Assembly: GCA_032718475.1 (NCBI GenBank)
Contig: JAUCBJ010008987.1
Span: forward strand, 1-49,904
Direction: 5' to 3'
Source of the DNA: Nemertoderma westbladi
Taxonomy: Eukaryota > Animalia > Xenacoelomorpha
Length of the DNA stretch: 49,904 nucleotides
Below are positions 11,970 to 24,984 of the stretch, piece by piece. Position numbers and translations under genes: made by a program. The first letter of the stretch is position 1; each line of letters begins with the position of its first letter. The notes beneath the pieces were generated by a model. That model was not told the DNA's origin. It saw nothing but the letters and a program-made list of their open reading frames with translations, and did not search any database.

Positions 11970-12450
11970 ATGTGGGATACAAACATTAATTTGGGAGACA
12001 CACATCAATGTCAGACACAATCATCAAAATGGGACAGAAACATTTATTTGGGAGACAACACATCAATGTCAGACACAAACATCAAAATGGGACACAAACA
12101 TTTATTTGGGAAATTACATCAATGTCAGACACAAACATCAAAATGGGACACAAACATTTATTTGGGAGACACACATCAATATCAGACACAAACATCAAAA
12201 TGGGACACAAACATTTATTTGGGAGACACACATCAATGTCAGACACAAACATCAAAATATGACACAAACATTTATTTGGGAAATTACATTAATGTAGGAC
12301 ACAAACATTTATTTGGGAAATTACATTAATGTAGGACACAAACATTTATTTGGGAAATTACATTAATGTAGGACACAAACATTTATTTGGGAAATTACAT
12401 TAATGTAGGACACAAACTTTAATGTGGGAAGGAAACAAACGTTTATTTAG
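11970..12450 (+). repeat. Minisatellite, 57-bp units changing to 37-bp units, built from ~19-bp subunits
   Basis: GGGACACAAACATTTATTTGGGAGACACACATCAATGTCAGACACAAACATCAAAAT about 5 times, then GGACACAAACATTTATTTGGGAAATTACATTAATGTA about 4 times; degenerate monomers at 12866-13090. Confidence 0.92.
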
Positions 12451-12620
12451 GACACACCCTATGTTACAGTCACGTTTCAAGTACATACGAATTTCAATAC
12501 AGCAGCAAAACAAAAAACGACATTTTTATTATTTTTACGAGTTTGTACAGTGGATAATATGTTGAGGCTATATGGTGATGATTGTATATTACTATGGTAT
12601 ATTCAGTTTATTAGTTGACC

Positions 12621-12793
12621 AGGCCATAATCCTAATTAAAACTGTCATGTAACCCTAAATAATCTAAGATATTATTAATATCGGCCCTTCGTCTTTTTGG
12701 CAATAATGTCTGAAATGAGGCTAAATTTCTTATATTTTATGACTTAGGGTTAGGGTTAGGCTACGCATGATAGTTTTAATTAAGGTTTAGGCC
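12621..12793. repeat. Small inverted-repeat (MITE-like) element with TTAGGG repeats
   Basis: AGGCCATAATCCTAATTAAAACTGTCATG pairs imperfectly with CATGATAGTTTTAATTAAGGTTTAGGCCT; TTAGGG x2.8 at 12744-12760. Confidence 0.55.
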
Positions 12794-15638
12794 TGTTTAG
12801 GCTGGTTTTTTGCTGTAAACTGCCCAACAAAATGTAGATAAAGTTCTCCAATCGTAACATCCCCCAAACATTAATGTTGGACACAAACATTAATAATGTG
12901 GGACACTACATTAATGTAGGAGACAGCAAGCTATACCATTTTACTACTTAATTTAAATAGATAGAGACAAATATTAATTTTTGACACGCACATTAATGTG
13001 GGACACAAACTTTAACATGGGATACAAACATTAATTTTGGAAACACATGTCCTTAATGGACTCAAACATTAATGTGGGTCCCACACAATAATATGCTAGA
13101 AATTAATAAGTGGAATCGAAAATAGTAACTTATCCACAAAATAGTTATTTTCGCCACCACGCTCGCTGTTCAACTACAAAATTGGTTAATCGCATTAGTC
13201 ATCTTTTTTATAGTACTTATATCATTAGAAACTTAAGGTAAAATATAATTATTTATATTATTGATATCAACTGAGTCGCAACCCAATTTAATTTCAAGAA
13301 AATTCAATTACTTGGAATCATCGCCACTTTTCCAGCGCTACTAATCTTAAAAAAGTACGAAGAGAAAGAACAACAGCGTAGCACTGTGCCAGTTGTTTGT
13401 ATTAGTGATAACAATAGTGATAAAGGCACTTCCAAAAGTTTGAAAATATATCTCCTGTAAGGCGAAAATAAACTTAATTCTGATTTAATATAAATAATAA
13501 AATATTAATAAGAAATATTCTTACCAATAAACCACATCATCTCGTTCAGTACAACTACATCTAACGATAACTAATTCAGTAAGATAGAAAATATCTATTA
13601 TATACTCCATTTGGACCTGTGTACTATTGTACGTGTATTTCATTATGTAACAACCAATAGAATTCATCATCGCTTACCCCAAATACAATCGCACAAAATG
13701 CCTAACTTTCAACTGGCTGATGAAATATATTCCTAGCAAATTGAAATAAGTCCATTATGACTTGCAGAGAGCCTCAATAATGATGTGGAATGCGCTGCGC
13801 AGTTGCCTAATCCTATACCTATGTGGAATAATGCCAGACAGCTAGCTATACAAAACTGGATTTGTCTAGACACAAGTTATAATGTCTTGGGCATCGAAGC
13901 ATGGTAGGTATTTTAAGACTCACGTTATTTGGCTGGGTGTGTGTGCGTGTGCAGTGCAAGTGCATGCTGAGGAGCTCCAACACACAGCTTAATCAATGGC
14001 GTACATCTGTTATTTTCTCGCCTCAACGGCTTTTATTTCCAATATCAAGATGTCTGACCTCCCTGTGAAATGTCAGTCTTAATGTACCGGACGTCCATAT
14101 CCTATACCGACTGCTGCAGTGTTTGCTATGCATGAGTTTTTAAAATGATGGCGCTGCGACAAGGGAAATGAGGTTCCGGAGGGACTCTACTCTATTTGAC
14201 GTGCAGTGTAGGCCGTCAAGGATCCAAATTTCAGTAATAGTACAACAGTATAAAGCTGTAGGGTGAGTGAGGGAGACTTGACTTTAGGGGATGATTTTTT
14301 TAATAACTCAAAAACTATTGTAAATTATTTAACAATACCACACAAAAATGTGTAAAATACATGTTGGCTACACCCGCGCAACAATGTTTTATTACCCTTT
14401 GGTTATCTTTTGTTTTATTGTCAATAAACGTTTTCTGGGTTCAAAAGTAAATTTTTTCCCTTTACAACGAATGAAAATTCGCATCCTTATTTTACTGTAT
14501 GTTAATTGTGTTGACTAATTATTGCACTATCCTGCCATATATTGTTTTCCAGTTTAGGTTCAGCCGTTTTGAAATTATATCAATTAATATAAAAAAAACC
14601 CCATGTGGGGAGACATGACACCCGAGTGTGAGGGAGACTTGAAGCCTTCAATGCTGACGTCTACCTAGAGATACACCCACGTAGAGAACCACACCAGAGC
14701 ACTCCAACTAGTTGATCGGCACTTACACAGACCAAACTATCAATGGAATGTGAATACAATGGAGTGGCCAGGGAGAGTGAGAGAGAGGCCTTGATAAACC
14801 CAGCCAAGCCAAGCCAACTAACTCTTCCTTCCCTCTTTGCAATGTAGTTAGTAGCCGCCAACTGGGTGATTGACAGCTTAAACAAGATGTCACTTCGTCA
14901 GAAAGCGGCATACATCAATAGAATTGCAGGAAAACAATTAATATGTGCCTGGATTGAAAATTATACAAGATGTTCATTAATAAAAAGTACCTTCCCGCGT
15001 TAAATTTTAATGCGGTTTTAACCCTTTGAGCCCTAAGGACGTATATATACGTCCTCAACAGTGTCCTAAGGACGTATATATACGTCCTGGTGTTAATTGC
15101 TGCCAATGGGGATGATTCAAGTTTAGGTTATTCTAGCAGTGTTTATCCATCGCTTAGGGCACTATACTACCCGTTTTAGTTAAAAAAAAGTGATCTGGAG
15201 TTTGAGTTAGAGGTTGGAATTCAACCAATCAGTGATGAGCTCCTTTTCAGAGAAAGCAGGCTGCTTATTGAAAGCAGATTGATTGTACCTTGTACTGTAC
15301 AGTAGGATATGGCAGAGGTTTGAATGAGTAGCCCTCGAGAATTCCAACCAATCAGAGTTTATTTCCCTGTCAAGCTTTCTACTGTAATAATCTACTTTAT
15401 AAATAAATAAATACATGACTGAAAAGTGAAAAGTGAAAACCTGGTATTCTTCATATTGGTGAATTACGTAATTGTATTTCGTAAATAGAATAATGGGTAT
15501 GATGATTGTTCCTGTACTAGCATCCTGGTGGATTATTGTGGTAATTCTGCAATAATGAAGCTATATTGCATTTTAGTATTACAATAATTATTCATTTATA
15601 TTTATCATTCATTCACAGTTTAGGGCTCCAGGGCTCTG

Positions 15639-17130
15639 CATAGCCTCTTTTAAGAATTTTTTACTGGGCGGCACAGTCACTCGCCATGGCAAATTGTATG
15701 AGTGGGGGGGGGGGGGGGGGGGGGGGGGAATTTGATACACATTTTTAATGTGTGTGAACGAAAAACTATTAAGCATACTGTAATATATTGTTTATTGACA
15801 ATAATGGGTATAATTTCTATAAGAAGCAACAACTAATTTTACAAAACTTAATTAAATCATTATTTTACATAAATATTAAATTATAATAGAAAATGTGGCA
15901 CCTATACCGCCAAGATGGGATTTGCGTCCACTTCCCCTGTCTATATAAAGCTGTAAAAGTGCTAGATTATAAGACTTGAATTTAATCTTATAATAATTAT
16001 TTATTTAATAAATAATTAAATTATTGTCGGCCAAAATATACTCGCCCATGTGAAGAATTCCAGGATTTCACTTTTCGGTCGACTTTTTATTGGAATTTTA
16101 TATATGAAGATTTTGTATTTTGTTTAATTTATCTTTATTAAGTGTTTTATAGCGCTAATTTCTGTCTTATAAGCTGTACATATACTAATTCGTTTATTGT
16201 TTTGGTTAGATTCAACCCGTCTGTAACCTGTGTTTTTTGTGAAAACCTGATATTCTTCACATGGGGGTAACTGCAAAGTGAAATATAACGGCAGAAAGTC
16301 TGGTATTCTTCACATGGGCCTAAATATACTTATTAAAAATAATATAATTAAATTTATAAGAAAAATAATATCAGTATCATAAATAAATAAATAAATATAC
16401 AGTATCATAAAAATCATTATTAAAACTTAATAAATTATTATTAATAAAATAATAATAGTATTATTATAATTATAATTATATCAAATTCTTAATCAATGTA
16501 CATAGACGAACCCTAATAAGTAGTTAAACACTTAATTTTTAAAACCAATTTATTACATAATAAAGCAATGATGCAATGTAAGCCCTGCCGTCTCGGGGTA
16601 GTTTATAATGACTAATAAACTTCTAAATCTCTCCTGAATACTAATAGTAACATAATATACTGAAAACTGACTACTCTTAACAGGGGTAGGGCGGGGTTAA
16701 AGGTGCCAGACAGGTAAGTATGGTGATGCAGCAAGCAGCCTTGGAAGTTGGAACTATCCAATATCCATCTGAGGCACCAATTAACTGCAGTAAGCCTATC
16801 AGGAATCTATAGACATCTACACAATGATTGGACCAAAGGCCGACCTTTACTAACATTAGTAAAGGTCGCATTGGGTTGGACACTGACTCATCCCTCCACT
16901 ACTACTGTACTATGGCTATCACCCATTGAAGTCTCTGTGCTGTCAATCACTTATTCCTTTAGAAGTTTATGTAGGTACTTTACTGGGATTGATACATATT
17001 AGATTGGTCGCTGGCTGAGGCTAGTCCAGATATAATATATTAGGAAGGCACTCTGGCTGTGACTGGGCGGCAAATTGATTCAACTGGGCGGCACTTGTGC
17101 CGCCTAGTGGCAAAGTTAAACGAGGCTATG
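15639..17130. mobile_element. 8-bp-TSD non-autonomous element (hAT or P superfamily)
   Basis: TIR CATAGCCTC(T/G)TTTAA; TSD GGGCTCTG at 15631-15638 and 17131-17138; subterminal CTGGGCGGCA repeats. Confidence 0.85.
16043..16321 (-). mobile_element. MULE-like MITE, uninterrupted ~280-bp copy of the 1996-2265 unit
   Basis: Reverse complement of 1996-2265; flanking direct repeat AAATATACT at 16034-16042 and 16322-16330. Confidence 0.85.
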
Positions 17131-17575
17131 GGGCTCTGCCTTGATAAATGCTTTGCAGATTATCATAAATAAGTAATATAGATTATACCGGTTCCATAAA
17201 TAGACCATTGAATATAATAATATATATGATATAGTTCAGAAAAATAAATATTTTTTTCATTTTTTAATTATCAAAATTTTTTTTTTTTAATTAAAAAAAA
17301 ATTTTAATTAAATTTTTTTTTTAATTTTTAAAAATTTAATTTTTTTAAATTAAAAAAATATGAAGAATATCAATCATGACACCTTTTAAGATAAAAGTCA
17401 AATCATTTTAAAAATGTGTCATAACTTCTAGATGATTGGCATTGCTGTAAATGTGTTTTAAAGTTTGCTTAATTTTTAGGTTCTGGGGGGCTATTTAAAA
17501 AAGGGCCTAGTAACCAAAGGGTTAATGAACTATTATGTATTCAGTTCTTGTTGGGAGAACCATGTGAACGACCAC

Positions 17576-18788
17576 CTACTACTACTACTACTAGGATCGG
17601 CATGCTGCATAGCAGCTGCATTTTTAAGAATGCTGTGCCGGCTTATCGACAAAATTGCACCGCCATAACTCCCTATCACCCATGACATTTGCTAGATCAT
17701 CCGCATCTTCAAGGCCAGTGTCCTTTAAGATGCGTCTCAAGAAAGTCATGGGCTGTCCACCATGCTTATTCACTCCATGAGGCTGCCAAAGTACAAGATT
17801 ATGCACTGGCTGGTCCTCACGGCGAAAGCAATGTCCTGCAAAGCGGAGGCGATTTTGTTCTAGTGTCAAGCTTGGGGGAACCAATGAGACACCTCCAATG
17901 TTATATAGTGTCTGGTTGGAGATGTGTGCATTGAACTTGACACAATGAACCCGGCGTAGCATTCTTGTGAATGTACCATCCAGAGATTTGGTGTCCTCAG
18001 CAGTATAGAGCCCAGCATGGACTCCCATAGAGGAGTACTGGAACTACTGCTGCTCTAAATAACCGGACCTTAAGTTTCCGATTAATTCTCGGTGAGTTCC
18101 AAATCCGGGAAAGCCTATTCAAGGCTGCCCATGCCTTTCCCTTACGTATTCGAAGGTCCTCACCTGACTTCCGGATCCATGATCCCAGGTAACAGAAGTC
18201 ATCCACATGCACAAGCATACCATCTTTTGAGCTTATGCTCATCTGATCAGAGACTTGCTGAGGACTTTCAACATTAACTGTAAAAATTTTGGTCTTTCTG
18301 GAGTTAATAAAACGACCAACACTAGAAGCAACATGTTCTAATGAGCGGAGGAGCCGTTGGGCTCCCTCTAGAGATTCTGAGAGTACGTCATCAGCAAAGT
18401 CTAGATCAGTTAGGGATTTGGCAGGATTTCCTCGACTTCTGGAGCCAGTAGGTGGAGTTATCATCACCCCGTCATCATTATGATGATCTAAGGACATGCG
18501 TAGAACATAGTCAACAACAATTGTGAACAAGAATGGTGCAAGTGTGTCTCCCTGGAGGACGCCCCATAACACTTCAAATGGTTCTGTGTCACCGTCAACA
18601 GTAGACACAAATGTTGTCGAACCATCGTATACTGATCTGATTGCTGCAATAATTTCATCAGGAATCCCATATAATGATAATTATGCTGAACATACGTGAG
18701 CGAGAGACTGAATCAAAGGCCTTGAAGAAGTCAACAAAGATAACAGCCAGATGCCTGTCTTTCTTTTTTGATAACTCTTCAATTATTT
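17576..18788 (-). mobile_element. RTE-clade LINE, 5'-truncated, with (TAG)n tail, copy 2
   Basis: GVLQGDTLAP, DLDFADD, FCYLGS, RLRFAGHCFR; (CTA)n at 17576-17593 on the plus strand. Confidence 0.92.
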
Positions 18789-19419
18789 TTCAATTTTAAT
18801 CTTCAATTAAATTTGTATAAAATTTTGGATAATAATTTAACAATCGCATATTTTGAAACTTATTTGCTCCAGTAGAAAATAGACATGTTGAACATGTAAT
18901 TATTACACTTCTTATGCATTATTGAACGAATTTACAAGTATGCGAGGTGGGGTTCAAGTCTCCCATCCTAGGTGTCAAGTCTCCCCCCATTGAGGGAGAC
19001 TTGACGCTTTTTCGAAAATACGAATAATTGGTTTAATTAAAAAAGTTTAAGAGTTGAAATTCTCAAACTCTCACATAATGATAGCAATCATAAATGTATT
19101 GTGAAAAAGTTAAAATGGCATTGAAAAATTCATTTATCTGTTCTTTAGAGCGATTATAACTTTTGGGGTTCAAGTCTCCCTCACTCACCCTACATAGGAG
19201 TATCAGTTTTATAATGATAGTACAGTAGTGTATTGTAGTCCATAGTCGAAATGAGCAGGTGATACTACAGTAGCTATTTCTTTATGGTGTATTCGTTATT
19301 TATAACTTTATATCATATTACTGTATTGTATATTAATCAGCAACAAATCAATAAGATTATTGTTGTTAAACCGTCACCACTGAATTGATTATTGCGTAAC
19401 ACTTAATAAAGAAAGTCCA

Positions 19420-19574
19420 TAAAATACTACTGCCTTATATTTAATGGTGAAATATTTAGTAGCACTGTAGCTCGTGTATCACCCAGGAAATCTGTTTCTT
19501 TTAAAATACTACTGCCTTATATTTAATGGTGAAATATTTAGGAGCACTGTAGCTCGTGTATCACCCAGGAAATC
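19420..19574 (+). repeat. Direct duplication of ~73 bp (period 82)
   Basis: TAAAATACTACTGCC...CACCCAGGAAATC occurs twice with 1 mismatch. Confidence 0.9.
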
Positions 19575-20588
19575 ACAATAACTCAATATACTGTATAATT
19601 TAATTAGAGAAATTAAATTATACCTCAGATGGAATACATGGAATCAGTTACGAAACTAATAAAAAAATATATATATTTTAGATTAAATTCTAGGCCTATA
19701 ATTATTCATATCAGTCAATAAAACAAAAAAAACTAAAACGGAATTTAAAACGTGTTAGTAGATAAGTAAAATAATTGTAATATAAAATGGTTGATAAGTA
19801 GAACTAGTCATCCATTTATAATCAGGCACATAGTCTTGGAATAAATAGGTCAACTGATTAAATGACATTATTTTTGATACTGTGTTGCCGCGAGTGTATT
19901 AATTTTTACCTAGCAATATTTTAACTAAAAAATATATAACAAAAAATTGACAACGGATTTATTTCAAATATTTAATCAATGAACTGCATTGACCTTTAAA
20001 AAAACGTACATAATTTTGTTAGGCCTACATGTTTATAAACAACCATGTCAAAAGTAAATGATAACCATTCACGAAGTCGACTCCCCTGCAAATTGTGTCT
20101 CGCAGCAAGAACGCCGGCCACACGGTCATTATGTGATCCCCCCCCCCCCCCCTTCCCCCTCCCCTCAATATATATTTGCCTCTCAGCTCAAGTTTGTCTT
20201 GGGTGTATCATGTTAAACACGAAATTCAGGAATTTGGAAAATGTTCAACTAGAAGAAACCTAGGAACTGTAGGCCTATACATGCGACTGTGCCCAGTAGG
20301 CCTACAGTAATACGTCACATATTGATCACATCCTATTTCGGAGGAAGTATAGGCACTCTGTACGTGACTGTCAATGCCTCATAGGCCATCCAAACAGACC
20401 GCAGTCTATTGTTCTAATTTTGAAGGAAAAATTCATTTTATATGGGGGGCGGGGGGTGGGATTAGTAACCCCCCCCCCCCCCCCCCCCAAATAGGGCCTC
20501 ATTCACATTTTGTGTTTCAGGACTCTAGAATTGGGCTGTTTAAGAATCGCCAAACAAATAGTTTTAAAGCGGCCCCAAAATGACAAGA

Positions 20589-22336
20589 GGGTCATTCTCA
20601 ACAAAAGTGGCCAAAACCGACTTAGAAATTGTCCGGAACGTAATTTCTGTTTAGATTGGAGAATTTTTAAACGGTAAAATGTTTTATATATGAAACTAGG
20701 CCTGAAAATTCTGCTCATCATGTTTTCAGGGTTGAAAAATCCCTGCATATTACCATATTTCTCTGTCAAACGCTAAAAAATAGCATTTTTAACACTTGTT
20801 TAAAGAATTTGCATAACATTTAGAGAGCAGTAGAATGACCCCATTATGGTCCTTGGTGTACAAACTATATATCATTCGGAAGCTTGAAAATTTCCTACAT
20901 TCTCAGATCAGTTTTTGGAGGATACAAATACTTCCGTTCCAGTAATAGCATAAAATATTATTAAATTTCAATATGACCCCTGTAATGTCCGAAATGTTCA
21001 ATAGAGGTTCGAAAGAAGCTATAAGAAGTTATCAGTCGGTATGATGATGCGCAAATCCAGCCTCAATTATTACAGAACACAATAAAAAACCTTATTGAAA
21101 ACGATCCAGTAGTTGCCGAGATTTTAACATCTACACCCATGTGACAAACCCGGTATGTTCAAGATGTTTTGTCCCATGTTTTCCATTACTAATTCTGCAT
21201 ATAAATTTGCATGTAACATTTTGAATTAACAAAGTAAAGTTATTATAGCAGATTAAAACATGGGAAATACAGCCATTGTTACTTCAAACTTCAATATTAA
21301 AGTGTGCTCCCTACACATTCAATATCAAGATCAATTTGTCCCTCCATGTAATGGCCCTGTAATTGTCCCACAAATTACGTGTGCGAGATACCATTACAGT
21401 GAGGGACTGTCCTTTCTCTGTAATGGCAAATTTAGTATTGATTCTATGGCACACTAATTGGTGGGAAATTTGAAAAGCATCTGTATTTGGTCATTTAATT
21501 TCAGGACTTAACTTTTCTGTTTTAATTAACTTACACCGTACCATTCTACTAACATAGACTAATTTTGGTCCGTTAAATTTACAAAATGGAAACACGAAAC
21601 CATGCCTTCCACCATGCGAACTATTATGTACGAAGCATTCAAGTGCAGTGAAAGACTTCGCGATTTTAGATTTTACAGGGTTTGATATGTCGGATGCTGA
21701 ACTTTACCCCTCAATTGATTCTCTCCAACTTTTGTCTGAATGAAAACTTTATATAATTTCGAAGTTTATTGAATTTCGAATTCACTCTGTCCGAACTAAT
21801 TTTGTTTCTAGGCTATTGTAGCAACTTACGAATAGTTTGGAATTGTCTGATTTTGGTTTCTTTTCTGTGGTCGATTATATTAATTTTTAAAAATAATACA
21901 CAATTTTGACAAAACTTATCTTTCTCGGAAAACTTACTAAAAAGTTATGTATGGAAAATTAACTAAATACAACTAAATACATAATACATACTAAATACAT
22001 GACTATTATATTGTTACAATGGGGGACATCGCATTACACGGTAGGCCTACCAATAGAAATATATGAATATATTGTTACAGGGTTGGGACATCGCATTACA
22101 GGGGCAATTTTTACAGCCTAAAAATTCGTATTACATGGAGGGACAAACCATTACAGGCGGGACACATACTTTACCTTGATTATTTCTTTAAGATTTTATC
22201 TAACATCTCGGAGATTATCACCATTGAATTCTCCTTAAAAAATGCTTTCAGAATATATAGTTTTGTATGGTTTCAATGGAGTTGAAATTTCAGGAATATT
22301 TCAGTTCTATTTGGCCACTTTCGGTGAGAATTACCC
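20589..22336. mobile_element. Non-autonomous DNA transposon, Sola2-like
   Basis: TIR GGGTCATTCTCAACAAAAGTGGCCAAA vs GGGTAATTCTCACCGAAAGTGGCCAAA; 4-bp TSD AAGA at 20585-20588 and 22337-22340; GRG termini. Confidence 0.7.
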
Positions 22337-22848
22337 AAGACTGTAAATGCCACAAGTCCCCTTTTGTTCCAAATGCAACTTCTCCACCAATATTTGTTAA
22401 AATTTGTCGAAATTTAGAATATACTGTAAGTTCAGAAGTCCCCTGCATCCAATTCTTCTAAACGTTTTTCGCCGAAAATGGATTAGGGCCATTCTAGAAC
22501 TAAAATGCCCAAAAAGGGTTATTTTGATCTAAAAAGGCTTAACGAGAATTTTTTGCAAAATTTGTTCTGAAGATTTATGGACAAAGGTATTCTATTCTTA
22601 TAGCCCACCACACAAAATATTTTTTCTACACATATAATGAGAATCCATGAAATATGAAACAAAAATAGTTTCACCTCCCTTCTACTTACTGGGTGAGCCA
22701 GAATTTTTATTTCCGTTTTCATTCTTTAGCTACAAGCGTTGAAACAAAGTGTCTCCTCATTTGATTATTCATTGGCTAAAAATTGCTGCGATAAGAGCGT
22801 TCGAATCAGTTGCATGGTTTTGCAGCTGCGCGAGGCTATTATATTATA

Positions 22849-22992
22849 TATTTAATGAATACACCATATTCTAGAACATTTTGTTTATGTATGAATAGCT
22901 ACGTAATAGTATGATTAAAAAGGCATTGTATTGTTGCCAAGCTGCGTATTGGATAAATAAAATGTTCCAGAATATGTTGTATTTATTAAATA
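22849..22992. repeat. ~140-bp palindromic MITE-like element
   Basis: TATTTAATGAATACACCATATTCTAGAACATTTT pairs with AAAATGTTCCAGAATATGTTGTATTTATTAAATA. Confidence 0.7.
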
Positions 22993-23334
22993 GAATAATA
23001 TATTATATTAAATTATTACTACTATATTATACATTGTTTGATACGTTATTTTTTTTTACATAAATGTATTTAGACAAATCTATCTATCTATGTAACTCCG
23101 GTGTATACAGGATACAACGGGTGTCGCTGTTTAATTGACGAATTATAATAAAATGTCCTCGGTTTAATATCTTACCGATTAATGGTTTAGCTCAAATCGA
23201 TGTTGATTTATTAAAAATTGGTTTATTATAATATAGAATTAAAACTAATACGAATAGACCTCCATCTAATAATCTACAATACCTGTATATAACTAATTTC
23301 TAAATAATATATCATATAATAGAAAATATCAGTA

Positions 23335-23673
23335 CCGGTGTACAAGGCTGAGATAATTCCCTCTTGAAATGACTCCCCAGTCATCTCAGCCTAGGCTGAC
23401 AACACTCCCCTTAGGCTGAGATGACTCCCCCCCAATTGAGTTATAATTCATATCCGTACCAATGTTATTTACGTATATTGCAAAAATAAAACTGTAACCT
23501 ATGTTATTGAGATTTCGTTTATTGTTTTGGTTAGAAAAGCCCGCCACTGTAACCTGCGGCCCCTTTCCTTTAAGTAAGAAATCTAGGGAGAAAACTGGGG
23601 AGTGTTCTCAGCCTAGGCTGATAGGACTGGGGAGTCATATTTGTTGGGAAGTTATCTCAGCCTGTTACACCGG
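23335..23673. mobile_element. TA-flanked MITE
   Basis: TA|CCGGTGTACAAGGCTGAGATAA ... TTATCTCAGCCTGTTACACCGG|TA; internal AGGCTGA sub-repeats. Confidence 0.8.
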
Positions 23674-23762
23674 TATCATGAAAATGTTAATAGAGACAAT
23701 ATTAATCATTTTATCAGTTTTACCGGAGCATTTTAGTCAAATCATATAAAAATAGTCGAACA

Positions 23763-24473
23763 TTATTGCGGTGCTCCGTCCTGGGACCTCCTGTACATGC
23801 GGTTGATCCTCTTACGGGTGGCGTCTCCGACCTTATCGTAAGCCTTGGGGTCGTCCACCTGTATACGGTTCAACCACTCCCAACTCTGCCTCCTGTAGTT
23901 GAGTAGAAGTCTCTCCGCCTTGGTCACATATGGGGACTTCTGGGATTCGCTGAGGGCCTTCCATGCAGCGCCTACTTCCGACATCCTCTTTCTGGATTCC
24001 TCGAGAGAAGGCGAACCGCTCACGACGTCCTTTACGTACAAGGCGTAGCTGTTGGGAGGCATTATGGGTTTGCCACTGTTGCGTAATAGACGCTTAATAC
24101 GCTTAAATTTCTTGGCGCGGTATTCCTCCAACTGGAGGTTGTGGTTGTCGGGGCTAACATTTGCCTTGTCCTTTATGTATTTATCTTTGAGGATTTGGTA
24201 CTGCACTGTAAACTTCTCCTTCTCTAGGCTCGGTAAATTATTCCAGGAAACCGCGGTTTTACGTATTTTGTCCGCTAAATTGGAGCTTTGCGTCTTTTTG
24301 GTTCCCCTAAGTTGTTCCCTCACGTAGAGCGCGTAGGCGTTGGGGGGACGTTTGAGTCGTTGTACGGAGCCTAGCCAGAGTTTACTGGCGGATACATTCC
24401 GATACAATCCGTCAAGGTAAATGTTACCGAGAGAAAGGGAAGTCAGTTTGGAAGATAAAGTAAGTAATGACAT
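23763..24473 (-). CDS. TFAM: TFAM-like mitochondrial transcription factor A (two HMG boxes), CDS without introns
   Basis: 236-aa intact ORF; Ser/Leu-rich N-terminus resembling a transit peptide; HMG1 KRPPNAYALYV..SWNNL..EKEKF, basic linker, HMG2 GKPIMPPNSYALYV..AWKALSESQKSPY, basic tail. Orthology not tested. Confidence 0.8.
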   Translation of the reverse strand: MSLLTLSSKLTSLSLGNIYLDGLYRNVSASKLWLGSVQRLKRPPNAYALYVREQLRGTKKTQSSNLADKIRKTAVSWNNLPSLEKEKFTVQYQILKDKYIKDKANVSPDNHNLQLEEYRAKKFKRIKRLLRNSGKPIMPPNSYALYVKDVVSGSPSLEESRKRMSEVGAAWKALSESQKSPYVTKAERLLLNYRRQSWEWLNRIQVDDPKAYDKVGDATRKRINRMYRRSQDGAPQ

Positions 24474-24679
24474 TATTGGTTGGATTCACAATTATTATTA
24501 CAGTATTAATTATTAGGCTACAAAATAACCGATAGGCCTACTGTTGGAGTTGTGCTAGCAACTACAGAGCTAGGCCTATTCTAAATCGATTGGTATGCCT
24601 ACCTGCCTACTGTAAGTGTGCACGCTGCCTACAGGCAGATGGTACAGTACGCAATCATAATCATCACAGCATCATCATT

Positions 24680-24736
24680 GCCTGCGCACATTACTTCATA
24701 TAGCGCACACCTGGGCGGGTGCGGTGCTGACCAATC
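24680..24736. promoter_or_regulatory. Candidate promoter of the TFAM-like gene
   Basis: GC-rich patch ~210-260 bp upstream: TGCGCAGGC (NRF-1-like, minus, 24680-24688), GGGCGGG (24713-24719), CCAAT (24731-24735). Short motifs only. Confidence 0.35.
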
Positions 24737-24984
24737 GGAATGCGACGAGGCGGTGCACACATTGCTATTTGGCGTATGTACATTTCTTATACAGTAGGGA
24801 GTTGCTGGGTTCTTTGGTATATTTAGTGTTAAAGTTAAAGTGTTGGCGATGTGTAGATGAAAAATAAATTGATAAACGTTACTCTTTGGTTCTCTCTTTG
24901 GCTCAGTGCTTGTCTTGTAGATTTTGTAATTGAAATATGGCAGAGTAGTAATTTGAAGTAGTAATTCCGAGATAATAACCTCCA

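Larger units (their letters stand above)
15022..17521. mobile_element. piggyBac-type MITE
   Basis: TTAA|CCCTTTG ... CAAAGGG|TTAA; subterminal palindrome AGGACGTATATATACGTCCT twice. The TIR match is only 7 bp. Confidence 0.65.
14261..19190. mobile_element. TA-flanked MITE (Tc1/mariner-pogo type) enlarged by nested insertions
   Basis: TIR GGGTGAGTGAGGGAGACTTGA / TCAAGTCTCCCTCACTCACCC; TA on both sides; internal GGGAGACTTGA sub-repeats at ~14630 and 18953-19003. Confidence 0.85.

Noticed and set aside
11970-12450. Regular repeats resembling a CRISPR array, and repetitive ORFs
   Set aside because: Spacers are not unique, there are no cas genes and the context is eukaryotic; it is a minisatellite.
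12744-12760. Interstitial telomere (TTAGGG)
   Set aside because: Fewer than three units, lying inside a small inverted-repeat element.
21298-22172. Further nested MITE inside the Sola2-like element
   Set aside because: Inverted motifs exist (TGTCCCTCCATGTAAT), but the termini and TSD could not be fixed.
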